DNA of 64,000 nt from Bugula neritina (lineage: Eukaryota; Animalia; Bryozoa). Below, piece by piece: positions 25,738 to 39,700 of the stretch. The stretch spans positions 6,432,889-6,496,888 of the forward strand of contig OZ037772.1 of assembly GCA_964035545.1 (NCBI GenBank). The letters run 5' to 3'. The notes beneath the pieces are model-generated. The model searched no databases. It was not told the origin of the DNA and worked only from the letters and a program-made list of their open reading frames with translations. Both the position numbers and the translations under genes were made by a program. Every line of letters starts with the position of its first letter. Position 1 is the stretch's first letter.

Positions 25738-27876
25738 CGTGGGAGAATTTGAATACAGTGCTCCCTCCATATCTCATGGTGCCATTGCTTATGAAATTCC
25801 ATAGACCATGAGAAAAGCTTGAACCAATTTTTTTGTAGTTTATGTATGTGTGTATGGGAACAAAATGGTGGAATATAACTAATCCATGAGTCAAATCAGA
25901 TATCCTATTATGTCACTAATAGAGGTTTTAGAACCAGCAGCTTAGTGATATACATGGAGAGAGCATTGTGATTTATTTTTGTGAATATTTACTTACTGAT
26001 TTTAAGTATACGAAACCTCTTATTTTTACACATAAAAATTGACGAGCCATTTGTAAGGGTCTATACTATAAACATTTGAAGGCAAAACAAACTGGAAAGC
26101 TTATCTTAAGTGGGTGGACAAGGGTATAGCGGCAAGAAAGCCGAAGGTTACCTATAAGAAATATACTGATAGGCTCAGTGCTTATTTATTTAACATGGCA
26201 GCTGTTATAGTTTCACCAACTTTTCATGGTTGAGTGTTTTACTTGGACACTCGCCTTGTTTTACTATCAAACAACTTTTCTGTTAACATCTCATTTAGAA
26301 AGAAAAATCCACATTTAGATCTAAGACTGAGACACTAGACACTACATAAATATAGAAACAAAATACTACATGATTTATAAATCTACTGCTACCACTGAAC
26401 CTGGTGACTAAAACACACAATCTCTAACTTAACCTTTTTTTAATAATATGTTTAGGCAAACTGAAGCTAGTAAAAGTACTAGTACTCCTGGTACTGTCAA
26501 CCATACTTAAGTCCAACCCATTAGCTTAAGTAGAAGAACTGGCATTTTACTTAATTAGCTTTAGACACATAATTAACATTAATTGCAGATGGAAAAATTA
26601 TCATATACAATATCAAGGATAAAGAGGGGGCATAATAAAACTATTTGAGTATAAACTATTTCGTAGTACAATTTCGAAAAGTTTTCACAAAATGAGCAAA
26701 GTAAACCTCATTTAGAAAATTTTGTAAAATTTTTTTTTTAAATTTAGCTGTTGCAAAACAGCCAAATAATTGTTTGACAATGATGTATAAATTTTTTTCC
26801 TGAAAATCTGGTAATTTTTATGCAAACTAATCGGTATTCTTGAAGGCAATTTTCACAACCTACTAGTCATATAGTTTATATTACATCTGTTATAGATGCT
26901 TGAAAATAGCATTTTCTGAAAAGTTCTATTAGAAAATGTTTAATTAACAAATTAGCTATAGATGGAAATGTTAGTGTAACTGCAGCTATGAAAAGGGCAA
27001 TAATGGTTGTAACTTGTAACGAGAGTTTTTCCAAAACCAACTCTATTAAGATTTCTTTCATGTATATGCAAGCATACAGAAGCAGTGGTCCGGTACCGAA
27101 CAAGACAAAGCAGAGATAGGTGAGAATATAAAGGCAGAGTTGAAGTGACTAATTGATTAGCTTTGATTATGTTAATATTTGATTATAAAGGGTTTTCTTT
27201 ACTTAACTTAGGACTTCAAATCTTTTACTGAATTCATCAATAGAGGTGTGTATTGTAAGCTCTCTATTCACTACGATAAGTTTGGTAGTGCAGCTGAGAA
27301 ACCACAAAAGAAATGGGAAGCTTAGCTTTACTATAATGACACTTGTTTTAATACCTATGGAGAGTTTTGCACTTGATAACTGTATTCTTGGCGCTGCGAT
27401 TGTTGCAGTTTATATATCTGCCAAAATATACTGCAGTTGACAATGGGCAAACTTACAGTTTGGATTATTATGCAGTATAGCATTCGTGCTAAACAGCATC
27501 TGTGCTAATGCTAAAACTGCGCCATGAATATTGTTGTTATGGAATAATCCTACTTATTTATGTAGTCTTTTGCATCAGTATGAATATGAATACTAATATT
27601 ATTGTAGCAAGATGGTGCAAGTGCCACCTAACTAATTCACTTCAACTTAGTATTAGAAACTTCAGAGACTTATATAGATGATAAACAATGCTTTGCCCCA
27701 GTTACTAAGGCAGAAACTCTGTCTATGCTTATAAGCCGTGATTTACTTTTGCCTCAAACTTTAAAGGATACCTATGTGTTTTTTTAGTTTAAAACCACAA
27801 CCAAATATTTATAGCTACTTCTACCCGGTTAGAAAAAGCCTCAATGTAGTTAAATTATGGTAGTTGCATTACTAAC

Positions 27877-28110
27877 CTTCTGTTGGAGTTAGTAAGCTTG
27901 CCCTGGTAGTAGGAGAAATAATCCACTCCGGATAGCTACGTTAGAACACGCGCGCTGGTAGTTAAATGCCCAAGTAAACTTGTCGTCTGTATGCCACTGG
28001 CTTCCTATTGGCTAGTTGCAAACCATAAATGCGCAATCAGTAGCGTGCCTCGCGCAACAAAAGATATTGTTGAACACAACAAGCTAACAAGGAAAGTCCC
28101 ATATCACAAT
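27877..28110 (-). promoter_or_regulatory. Putative promoter / non-coding first exon of the short IL-17R-like gene with a canonical kappaB site
   Basis: GGAAAGTCCC at 28091-28100 (GGGACTTTCC on minus), ATTGG/CCAAT at ~28007, C/EBP-like ATGCGCAAT at ~28029, local CpG enrichment, and a donor-like GAAG|GTTAGT at 27877. Assignment to the gene is inference. Confidence 0.45.
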
Positions 28111-28254
28111 AACGTTATGCAGGTATCATTTGGTGCCAAAACATAAACAAGCCAACATTCAATAACAAATATTCACCATCAAAAGCTTCATATTTACAAT
28201 GCAAATCACTTTGAAAAAATTTATATTTGCATATTCTACCTTCGCTACTGTTTT

Positions 28255-28936
28255 AGGGAGCAGCCTTGGTCTAGGAGTTAGAGCGTTTGCCTAGTAAGCA
28301 CGAAGTCATGGTTTCCAGCTCGTCAAAGGCCATTGGTGATGCTAGGAAGAGCGTCCAGTCACAATTGCACTTGTGCTTTATTTTAATAAGTCCTTAGCCC
28401 GCTTTAACAAAAGACCCAAGAACTGTTTCCGCATAGATTTTTTTGAAAGAGTCACACCCACCAAGAGTAGAAGTAGTTTCCCAAGATAAAAAGTTTAACT
28501 TTAGGGTAAAATATGTGCAATATAATATAACGGCAGCTAAATTATTTTAAGAGGTAATGACGTTGCGTCATTACGACTGTTGACCCCCCCTTCTAGCTAA
28601 TCAACAAACATGACTTAAGTTTTAATGCTGAAATAACTAATAAAATGTTATTTCAACAAACTTTATTGTTATGCATGGTGATTTGAGATAAACTGCAATT
28701 TCGCTCATATGACGACGACGTTGCGCTTTACTGCTGCATGATAACCCCTTTCTAGCCTTTTTGCTTTGCATATTCAGAATCAGCACATAAAGTTACCCCA
28801 TATAGCGAAATTTTTATAAATTTTGAACAACCTTGAATTTTTGGTCAAAAATTGCTGATGTGTACTAAATTAAGCAAATTGAGCCCCTTCTATCAGGGGT
28901 TTTACACAGGGATGGTGACTATAAACTTCTGTGAGT
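28255..28936 (+). mobile_element. SINE copy split by a ~470-bp unclassified insertion (~28418-28884)
   Basis: SINE head and core at 28255-28417; consensus resumes at ~28885 (cccttctatcagggg...ctataaacttctgtgagt). Confidence 0.75.
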
Positions 28937-30060
28937 ATATTATTTTCACTGTTTTACTAACATAATAACAATGTAGCCTATGTTCTTAGGATGTAGCTGT
29001 TGTCCAGTGGTTGGAGCACAGGCATAGTATATTATGATCTATACGAATTCAGAATCCAAAAAGCTTATTATCTTTTCCAAGAACAGCATAAAATCAAGCT
29101 GTTGTGCCACTGGAAAAGTCTTCAAATCTTACCGTAACAAGTTTAACCCTTGCAGTAATGAATAAAAAGTCTCCAAATACCATGCCAGGTGTATAACAAA
29201 ATAGTTTTGGGACTTGTAAGCTACACATTATAATGTCAACTGGGCATGTGCAGTGAAAAGTTTGCACGAAGTATTTGCAAGTGTTGACATCTTCTGTTCA
29301 ATCAATATTTATATATTCTCCGCAGACTTCCTTATTACCACTTGATGCTCAACTAGCTATAGATAATATATATGTGGAAACCATCCTCCTTGGTGTCCTA
29401 TCCTTATTGAAATTACACAGCTCTCTTCTGTATATAGTCGATGATTCATATTTCATGTAAATGTGCTTTATACTATGAACATCTTGATAACTTAGTATTT
29501 AAGTTGGTATATAAAGCTTTAAAAGAGTTCCTGGAGAAGCTCCGTGATCAATATTAATTTATGTTATCTATAAACCATATACTACAAGAGTATTAAAAGT
29601 AGCATATTGTAACTGCCAGTATTATAAAATGTAATATTATTATTATTATATTTACTGCCATATATACAATTATTGATGCAATTACTGAGACAATGTATGA
29701 AATATTACATGCTACAAAGTATATATCAAGATAGGTTCAGTAATGGATAAATTGAGAAAAGCCTGTGTTCTAGATCAGAAATGTAACAAAAGAAGTTATG
29801 TGCTCGTAAGAAATTTCTACCTGCATGTGTTCTAAACAAAAATGTAATAATAAAATTGAAGAACTTAGGCTATCGCCACTTCTCTGCTATAGCTGCTCCT
29901 AAATGCACAATTATAACATTCTTACATTTGATCATATTCCTTGAATTTGCCTCCCGCTGAAATTTATGACCTGATAAAAACACTATAAGTAGCATTCACT
30001 TAGTAGCACTGCACTATATAACATGAGTATTTAAGTTAAGGTGCTTTTATAGAGTAAATT

Positions 30061-30443
30061 GGCTGGCCACACACTTGTGAGAATACCGTCACGAGTTATC
30101 CTCTCGTCATGACCAGCCATACGCTCAATAAATGAAACATATACACACTGAACTGAAACTATAAGTTGTAGTTCAATGCATATACATAGTCTTGCACGCG
30201 ATACAAACAGCAGAGAATTGCCAGACACAGAAACTTGGTAGAAATAATCAATGTTGCTAAAATTCTATTGACCAATCAAATAGTGCTCATCATCAATTGC
30301 GCTTTTTTGTCCGTCTTCGGTGGGTGCACCCAGCGAACAGGATTGCGTATGAATTCCCTCAAATTTAATGGCACGTTTGTGTTTTCGTGTAAAATCAACG
30401 ACGACTTCGTGTGATTCTCACGAGTGTGTGGCCAGCCAGGCCG
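30061..30443. mobile_element. MITE (PIF/Harbinger-like ends), family copy 2
   Basis: TIR GGCTGGCCACACACTTGTGAGAAT / ATTCTCACGAGTGTGTGGCCAGCC; homologous to 18675-19025. Confidence 0.8.
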
Positions 30444-30712
30444 TAAGAGTGATTATTTTACACAAATTTCATCGCCATTAATTACTCTCCGCAACGGTGA
30501 AACCCAAGAACTTGTCTGCACACAAAACCACCCACGAAGATAACAAGTGTTTTATTTCTAATAGTCTTTAAAAAGATATTAACTAGGATTGTATATTTGT
30601 AAAATTTATTAAATAGTTAAAAAAAATAAATGCATATTGATAATAAATAATATGGTGAGACATAATAAAATATAAAACAGATGATTTCTTGTTTTTTCTG
30701 TCAAAACGATCA

Positions 30713-33700
30713 TTAAAAATGGTAGATACGTGTAGATGCTTCTTCAAATTTGCTGGCAAACCGCGAAGGAACATCAGTGGAAAATTCAATAGTGGAACAG
30801 TCAAAGCTGTCGGTGACCATATTGTCTGTTGAGAGCGGCTCATTGGGCAGCATGGCGCTGTCGTTGGTGTCGACGGAGCAGCATTCGTCAGACTCGATGC
30901 CGGAGATACTCCGAGGAAGAGAAGATGAGTAGAGACCAGAGGAAACTCCAGATTCCTGCCGAGTGTACACAGTGGTGGAGTCGGGATACATCCCTACAAT
31001 AACGTTGCAGACTAGAGTATAAGGATACAAAGGAAGGCGACTCCAAAATTTGCAAAATGTCTTAAGTTATTGGAAAATATGAGCAGTTTTGAAACGGCTT
31101 TTTCAGAAAAAAAATTAATTTAAAAGAAATTGCAGAAATACAGTGCATTGAATTTCGCTAAAAAGTTTTCTTTCAAGTCTGAGTGGATTCCTTTAAGTTA
31201 CAGTTGTCAGCCAAATTGTTAGGCGATTAGTAATGACCAATCAGATCACTGGTTGCATAATACTGAACCAATAGGATCACTGGTTGCACAACACTAAGCG
31301 AATTTTAGATCACTGCTAGCGGAATACTGGATACAGGACATGGCTAAAATATTCACCTCTTTTAATAAAGCTCAGTTTATTACTGCACAATAGTATATGG
31401 AGGTCACAACTCCTTATACGACACTAACTACACCATAGCAGAAAAAGGATTCAACAAACCTGTCGGATGAGCCGGAGTTGTTGGTAAATAATTAGGCTGA
31501 ACTTGCTCTTTCAGTCTATAATATATCATTATAAAACTATTTAGTAAATATATATCGTATTATGAGAGGATGAGAAAGAGAGAAAGAAGAAGATATCAGA
31601 AGAGTACATGAGATGAAAGTTGCAGGAAAGAGAAACCGGGGACGCCCAAAGCATAGATGGCAGGATACAATCAGAAAATATCTCCAATCCTGTTCCCTCA
31701 ACGAAGAGGACGCTCAGAACAGGGTTAGGTGGAGAAGCCTAATTAAGCTAAGCCTCCGGCATTTATTTAACACAATATAATATTAAGAGATAGGTGAGAA
31801 TATCGTATTATAAAAATATTAAATTTCATTACAGTAAATACCACACTACACTTAATTAATATTATATTGTGTTAAATAAATATGTACTTCAGTGTTGCAA
31901 TGGTATACAAAACTCCAGATCTAAGAGTAAAACATTCTTACAACCCCTTACAAAACTAATGGCAAATTTACAAGCACAAGAAAAAATTCTTAAAAAAAAA
32001 ATTCTTCTACTTAAACCTGTCCATAGATTTAATGAATTTTTTTATACAAAAGTCCAATACTTTGCTGTAAAACCTTTCCTATTTTTGAACACATTTAGAC
32101 ACAACTAATAGCATACACTATGACATGATATACTCACTGAATGTTGTTGTCATTATCTATGTATGAATGAATGACAGGTGCCTCCAGTTGAGTGGCAGTG
32201 ACAGGTGATTGAAAACTCTCAGATGACTCGACAGGAAACAGTGACTCTAGCCGAGGCTGGAAATATCGTGCCTCATCAGCCTGAGGTGTCAATGTTATAG
32301 TCCTGTCAGTGCCTGTCACAACTCTAGATGGCACTTTGTAAGCTGGTTTTGGCGCTTGGGTAGCGCTAGCACCTGCTTGTCTTGTATAGGGCACCTGCTC
32401 ATTATTGGCAGGTACTTCAACAGTGCTGTTTTGTGATTCGGGTGGGTTTTCATCCTCTGAAATGGCAACAAGCGAAAGACAATAAAGGATTCATAATTTT
32501 TCTGATGTCTTTTTTCTTCTACTGCTTTAAGATCTTATATAAATAGACAAACATACTCCATAGGACTGAAATAAATTTTTAGAATATTCTTCACAATAGC
32601 ATAAAGTTATGAAACTTAAATAACTCTCAATCATTAGCACTTTTCCTTTTTTTTAATTTACAACTACTACTGCATTGTTCCGATTAAATGCTATTCAATT
32701 TTTCAACCCGCCTAACAATATATGTTTTCAGTTAGCAAACACATTGACGGCATTGATTGACAGCACTGTCACATACTCACCAGGCATTATGCTACCAGTC
32801 ACTTTGCTGTACACAGTACTTAATGACATCGACTCTAAAATAAAAGAAAACAGGTAAGAAAAACCGATTCGAAAAAGCCAAGATGTACGATATGTTTAAA
32901 GGTTAACTATAGTGTTGTTTTGTTGAGCTGCAAGTTATACATTGGTCCATTGTAAGAGAGCAGCTATGGACCAGCACCAGACATCTTTGAGTCCTGACAG
33001 GCCCAATCTCAGAAAGGGCATCTAATCATAACTGCTCTTAGGCCACACACACAGCTCTTAGCTTACTTGAACCAAGAACGTTCACCATTACAGACTCGTG
33101 AGATTTCTAATTTTATATGGGATTAGATTTGGTTTAACGGTTAAAACACGGGCTCAGTAAACACAAGGTTAGTGCTTCGAACCCCAGTAGAGGCCATTGG
33201 TGATGTTAGGAAGAGCATCCAGTCATAATTGCTCCTGTGCCACATATGAATAAATCATTTAAAAACTTCATCAGGGTTTCTCATGCGAGCTTTTATAGTT
33301 TTAAAAGTTTTAGCTAACAAATTACAATGTAACCGTAAACTCAAGAATAGATGTAATTTCATTCGGGAACAAATAATGGCACACAAGGCAACAAACCTTC
33401 AGCACAAACCATAGACATGACACCGTAAAACTCTTATAAGGAGAAAAACAACTCGAGTCACTACATTATTTGGAATAAATTGAACATCTCCCGGACAGAA
33501 CAACACGAGTTGAAGAGTCGGGAGAAGTTAATAACAGTAAAGACAGACAGCCCGTCTGCTACACTGTAGGATTTCAGGCTATCACGTATCACCTGTAGAG
33601 AAGGTAGAACAGAGTACAACTTAAGCAGACTTACCGAACCCAGAGTCATACTTGGCAACATCGTCAATAGCTTTATTCAGTACGAGAGCCTGAAACATAT

Positions 33701-36700
33701 TATTATTATTATATGGCGGCATGTAGGCATGTATTATATGTAATACATATTTTTGTATATATACAAGATTATATGATTGTACTAAATGATATATGTAATA
33801 TATTATTATATTAAATATATCTATAACACAAGCTATGCAATATATTTCTTCTTACATATAACACTGGCTTAAGGTATGAGATATATACACAGCATATTAT
33901 GGGAGTGGTCTAAGTACCACCTCACAAACTAAGCTAAGAAATAAACCTTTCCCTTCAAACCCTAAGAATATCTCATTTCAACACACTGCAATACAAACCA
34001 AACAAACTAATGTAAACTATCTCGGTGAGAAAGAGAAATAATGGGAACGCTGACCTCTTTGCTACTCTCAAACTGCGAGAAGGCTTTCTGAAGAATCGGA
34101 GAGTCGGTCTGCACGTGGCAAGGGTTGTCATGACTACCTTTGTGTACGTATGCAACCTGCAGCAGACGCAGGACAAATATACCGTGTAGGAAATAAAAAG
34201 CTGTGTTGACACATACACATACAGTAGTGTTGACACAAACATACAGTAGTGTTGACACATACATACAGTAGTGTTGACACATACAGTAGTGTTGACACAT
34301 ACATACAGTAGTGTTGACACATACATACAGTAGTGTTGACACATACATACAGTAGTGTTGACACATACAGTAGTGTTGATACATACAGTAGTGTTGATAC
34401 ATACATACAGTAGTGTTGACACATACATACAGTAGTGTTGACACATACATACAGTAGTGTTGACACATACATACAGTAGTGTTGACACATACATACAGTA
34501 GTGTTGACACATACATACAGTAGTGTTGACACATACAGTAGTGTTGACACATACATACAGTAGTGTTAACACATACATTAGTGTTGATACATACATACAG
34601 TAGTGTTGACACATACATACAGTAGTATTGACACATATATAAATGTTGGTGTAAGTAAGACATACCAGTTGTTTGATATGAGATGGAAGGGCAAAGAGTG
34701 TAGCTTCAGAGCTTCGTGACATCAGTTCATTTCTGTTAGGTACTGGGACGTGGTCAAACACAGCCTGTAAAATAAAATAAAGTCTAACTACTGTCAAAGG
34801 CTGTAGGGAGCAGCCATGGTCTAGTGGTTAGAACGTTTGACTAGTAAACACGAGGTCTTGGGATCGAACCCAACAAAGGCCATTGGTGATGTTAGGAAGA
34901 GCATCTATTCATAATTGCTCCTGTGCGTCATAAACAAGTCTTTAGCCCGATTTAACAAAAACCCTTCCATCAGGGGCTTCTCACAGAGATAGCGACTATA
35001 AACTTGCGTGAGTTTTTTTATTATCAAAGGGTATAAAAATCAAATTATTCAAAGTAAAGCCGTCACCAAAAATGTTGAAAATATTTCAAGATTCTGGACT
35101 AACCATGAGAACTTTGGGGAAATCCAAAGCCTGGGGCTTGATCAGAAGATCTAGAACCTTCTGAGCATGAATCTGGTCTCTGGGTGGCTGGAAGTGTGGA
35201 GGTAGAGTCTTGAAGAAGTAGAGAGTCTGGAGGAGCGGCCAGGAGTACATGACTAACACGTAGTTACAGTCGTTCAGAATAGTCCTACAACATATCCACT
35301 CACAGTCACAGTAACTCACAGTCACAGTAACTCACAGTCACAGTAATTCTACAAGACCCAATAACTCACAGTTACAGTATATCTAACTCACAGTCACAGT
35401 AACTCACAGTTAAATTAACTCACAGTCACAGTAACTCACAGTCACAGTAACTCACAGTTACAGTAAATCACAGTTACAGTAAATCACAGTTACAGTAACT
35501 CACAGTTACGGTAACTCACAGTTACGGTAACTCACAGTTACGGTAACTCACAGTTACGGTAACTCACAGTTACGGTAACTCACAGTTACGGCAACTCACA
35601 GTTACAGTAACTCACAGTTACAGTAACTCACAGTTACAGTAACTATACGAAATCAAATAACGGAACGCTGCTAAGAGAAGTGATGGTTAACATGCAAGTA
35701 CCTGTCTTCAGTGCCAGTATACGTGATGACATCACAGTTGAAGTGCAGCTCTAAGGCTTGTCTCATCGACTCGTAGAGAAGGTCATACGTGTTCTCAGAA
35801 ACATAGGCTAAGCATACCTTCGGACGATTGACTGAGTTCTTCTCCAACTTATCTACAAAGTTACGAGAGAGCGTCAGGTTTAAGCAGAGAAAAACTGTTT
35901 ATATAATTTCCTGTAATTAAATATATGATGGGGACACAGAAGAGTTGCCAAAGTTCTTAAAATAAAATGTAAATAAATTTTATAGTCACACAATAATATA
36001 AGTATATGTATATAAAAATAATATAATAGTTATATGTATATAATAATAATATAATAATAATATAAGCGGATGTATATTCATGCCTACTTGCATCGGCCTA
36101 AAGTATATAAATTATTTACTACTTTTGCGGTCATAGGCCTAAAAGTTTCTCAAAAACACAAAAAGAATTCAAGAAATAGTTTAATAAATAAATAAGACTC
36201 TAATCATCTCAGTAGCTGACCTTATATAACCTTAGTAGCTGACCTAAGGTCACCTTAGTAGCTGACCTTATGTCACTTTAGTATCTGACCTAAGGTCGCC
36301 TTAGTAGATGGCCTAATTTTACCCACTAAGGAATGAGATAAGAAACTCAGCTATTTGGGTAAAGAGTGTAAAGCTAAACCAATTGAATGCAGAGATACAA
36401 AGCTTAGCCAATTACATGCAAAGCTACAATACTCAGCCAATTAAATGCAGGAACACATAGCTTAGGCAATTATTTGCAGAAGCAGAAAGCTCAACTAATT
36501 AAATGCAAAAATACAAAAGCTCAGCCAATTAAATGCGGGACACAAAGCTCAGCCAATTAAAAGCATGGATTGCAAAGCTCGGCCAATCAAGGGGTGAATC
36601 ACTTACGGTAGTTACCTCCATTGTTCCCTTTCTCTTTATCACACAAAAATTTCCCTCCGGAATTTTTCCTATGCCTTATCACCAGCAAAATAGTGAAGAC

Positions 36701-39700
36701 TAGAAGTAAGACGACTCCCGCGGTACACACCCCGATAACTATTCCGTTTATTGAGGCTGAAAAAGAATGCAGATATGAGAGCCTGTGTAGATTAACTGCT
36801 CATGAAAACAGTATTGAAGGTTAATAGAGAAAATATACGGATACAGACTTCACACTGTTGCATGAGTAGATACTTCTTATATATAATATACTGAAACAAC
36901 CTGCTAAAGCTAGAGACATGAGGAGGGAACTTTCAAGTGGGAAACCCTAAGCATGCAGTGAAATGTATTACTTGAGTAATCTTCCACATTGCCAGAGATT
37001 AATTGCACACATGCCAATGGCTTTACTGCCTTTTAATAAATTAGTTAAATTTCAAAACATCAATTTCTATTTTCAATAATGACCGTTGATTGGAATAAAA
37101 AAACGTAAAACTGAAATGTAGATTACTCAATAAGTCTAGACAATGTTCGTTAGGCAATTAAACTGAGTGAAATCCACACAACAGCTGTATTTTGCTGCTA
37201 GGGCAAAGTTTTTTTAGTGGTCTGCGCAGAAATCCGAGCTCATAACTATACCCTGTCTAGAGAGCACTTTTCTGACATCAAATTACGTTATGTATATTCT
37301 CAGAGAATCGTAGCAGAGGCAATCTTGGGAATTAGTTAAAAAGGTTTGACTAAAACTACTGTTTCAATTGATTTCATCAGAAAAGCTTTTCCAGCTAAGG
37401 ATTGGACATGACAACATGCTTGTGTAGTTAAGCTGTAAGCTAACATTATAGTCTATGTTATTATCATTCCACCACCTTTGCAACCTATCTTTGCCCAGTT
37501 TCAGTGTAAACAGAATGGAGTCGATAGCAAACCTTGGTAAATATCGCTAAGCAAATAAAAACATGAAGACATTTACTCGAATTTTTCCAATCAGAAACGT
37601 TTAACCTTGACTTGACATTCTCATAAAATAATCTGATGAAAAAAAACCATTGACTTCTGTTAAAACAATAAACTCACAAGGGTTCTTGAGCTGCTGAAAG
37701 GGAGACACGGCTTTAGTACATGGTTCACACGTCCCGTGAATATTGCACATTCCTGCCTCCTCGTTACAAAGAGTCGAGATAAACGTTGGAACTACCTATC
37801 AGTGAGAGAGATAAAAACAAGTTTACACGCAATAGTATTAGGATGAAGTGCTGGAATACAAGTACAAATCTGTCGACAGCATTATCGTATATATTGTAAA
37901 ACCTTGTATATTATTATGAGTTAAGTTATTATCAAATGATTCTTCAATACATCTTCATTTCTAACTTTCTAAACGGAATTCAGCATTCTATGATGTAAAG
38001 TAATATATCCATGAAACATCATATTCCTACATTATATAATATCCTCTATAATTGTACACTAGACCATAGATAATGTTATATTCTATAACGGATACTATAC
38101 TATATATAATATACTCTATAATTTACGCTAGATCATATAGCATATACTCTATAATTTACACTAGATCATATAGCATATACTCTATAATTTACGCTAGATT
38201 ATATAGCATATACTTTATGATATACACTAGATCATATATATCGATATGCCAGCTGGAAGAGGATATGTTGAACCTACTAATGATGTGATAGGTGAAGTGG
38301 GTAGAGGGTATTTAGTATCCTCTACTCAGATGCAGATAAAACATAATATTGAGAGTTACACTCTACTACAAAAGAAATAGCTTGAAGCAGCACTGAGTTG
38401 GTGGCTACTGAGTGCAGTGGTTGGGGTCTAGAGTTATAGTCTGGATAATGTCTATTAAAACCTTGCACTCAGTCACCCCTAATTCAGTGTTGCTTTCAGC
38501 TATCCCCCACTAGAGAAAAGGTTCCATTAAAAATATATCAAGTATAATCGGTTATATTATTTTATTCTGCAGAAGTTTATAACATTTACCTCAACCTGAA
38601 GGGAGTCGGGGTAGCGGAACAGTTTCTCAACATCACTAGTACTGAATACCACTTGGGCCTCGTGCCACGTTTCTTGGGCGAGTTTGACATACTAAAAATA
38701 ATGTATTATGACATTAAATGATATGAAACGAAAAAGGAATAAGAATAAAACAATATATAATATAATACAATAAAACATATTAGGGAGCAGCTGTGAATAG
38801 TGGTTAGAACATTGGGTTAGTAAACTCGAAGTCTGAGTTTGATGCCATTGAAAGCCACTGGTGATGTTAGGAAAGGCATCCCGAAATAAAATTGCTCCTG
38901 TGTCACAATAAAAACAAGCTTTTATCATCGGGGGTTCTCACAGGGATGGCGAACACAAACTGTATGAGTTATAATATAATAAAATATTACAAAATATATA
39001 ATATATAACAACGCAATAAAACATAATATCGAATAAGAAACAATAAAAGTACGAGTGAAACTCAACATTAAATATATACAAAAAGTAGTATTCCTAAAAG
39101 AACCATTTTAGTGAATCATTCACACTTTGATTTCACAGTCTGATCTCCCATACTGTCAAAAACATAACAACTGAAATAGAATTTGTTTTATAATTTCAGG
39201 TTTAAAATGTAACAATCCTGATAATTGTTAACCATGGTGTCAGGTTATTTTCACGTATATAGGTAGGGACATATGAAGCTGAATGTCTAATGAAGTGTCA
39301 AAAGTTGAAAAGAGTTATTAAGCTTACCTCTGACATCAATCTAGTCACGCCGTTACGAGCTTTAGTCACTATGATATCATACTGAGTTATTAGATAGTGC
39401 GCAGGAGCCACCCAAAAAGTTATTAAAATGCTATTATTAGAAAATATTTCCAAAGTTGGTACTTTAGTTGAGTCAGAGCCGTAGTCTGGTCCTATAAAAG
39501 AACAGGGCAGTTGAGTGTAAAGATGCAGTAACACTGGAATAATACCTTGTAATGTAATGAGAGTTTAGGTAGCAGTGAGTAGGGGGTGATGTTGCCTAGA
39601 CTGGCAATAAAGTGACCGGTAGAGTGAATAGGTGAGTGAGTAATTAATTAAGTGAGTGAGTAAATGAGTGAGGGAGTGATTAGTAACTGAGGGAGTAAAT

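Noticed and set aside
33461-33667. 68-aa ORF as a receptor exon
   Set aside because: The true exon is the 55-nt 33689-33635 in another frame, matching the paralogue's 55-nt exon.
33973-34663. Long Cys-rich repetitive ORFs (MCQHYCMYVSTLLYVCVNTTV...)
   Set aside because: Stop-free minisatellite inside an intron; real exons with good splice sites flank it and match the paralogue's 99- and 102-nt exons.
34805-34880. SINE heads as functional tRNA genes
   Set aside because: A/B boxes are present, but each continues into a shared non-tRNA body and copies are divergent; I could not form a full cloverleaf.
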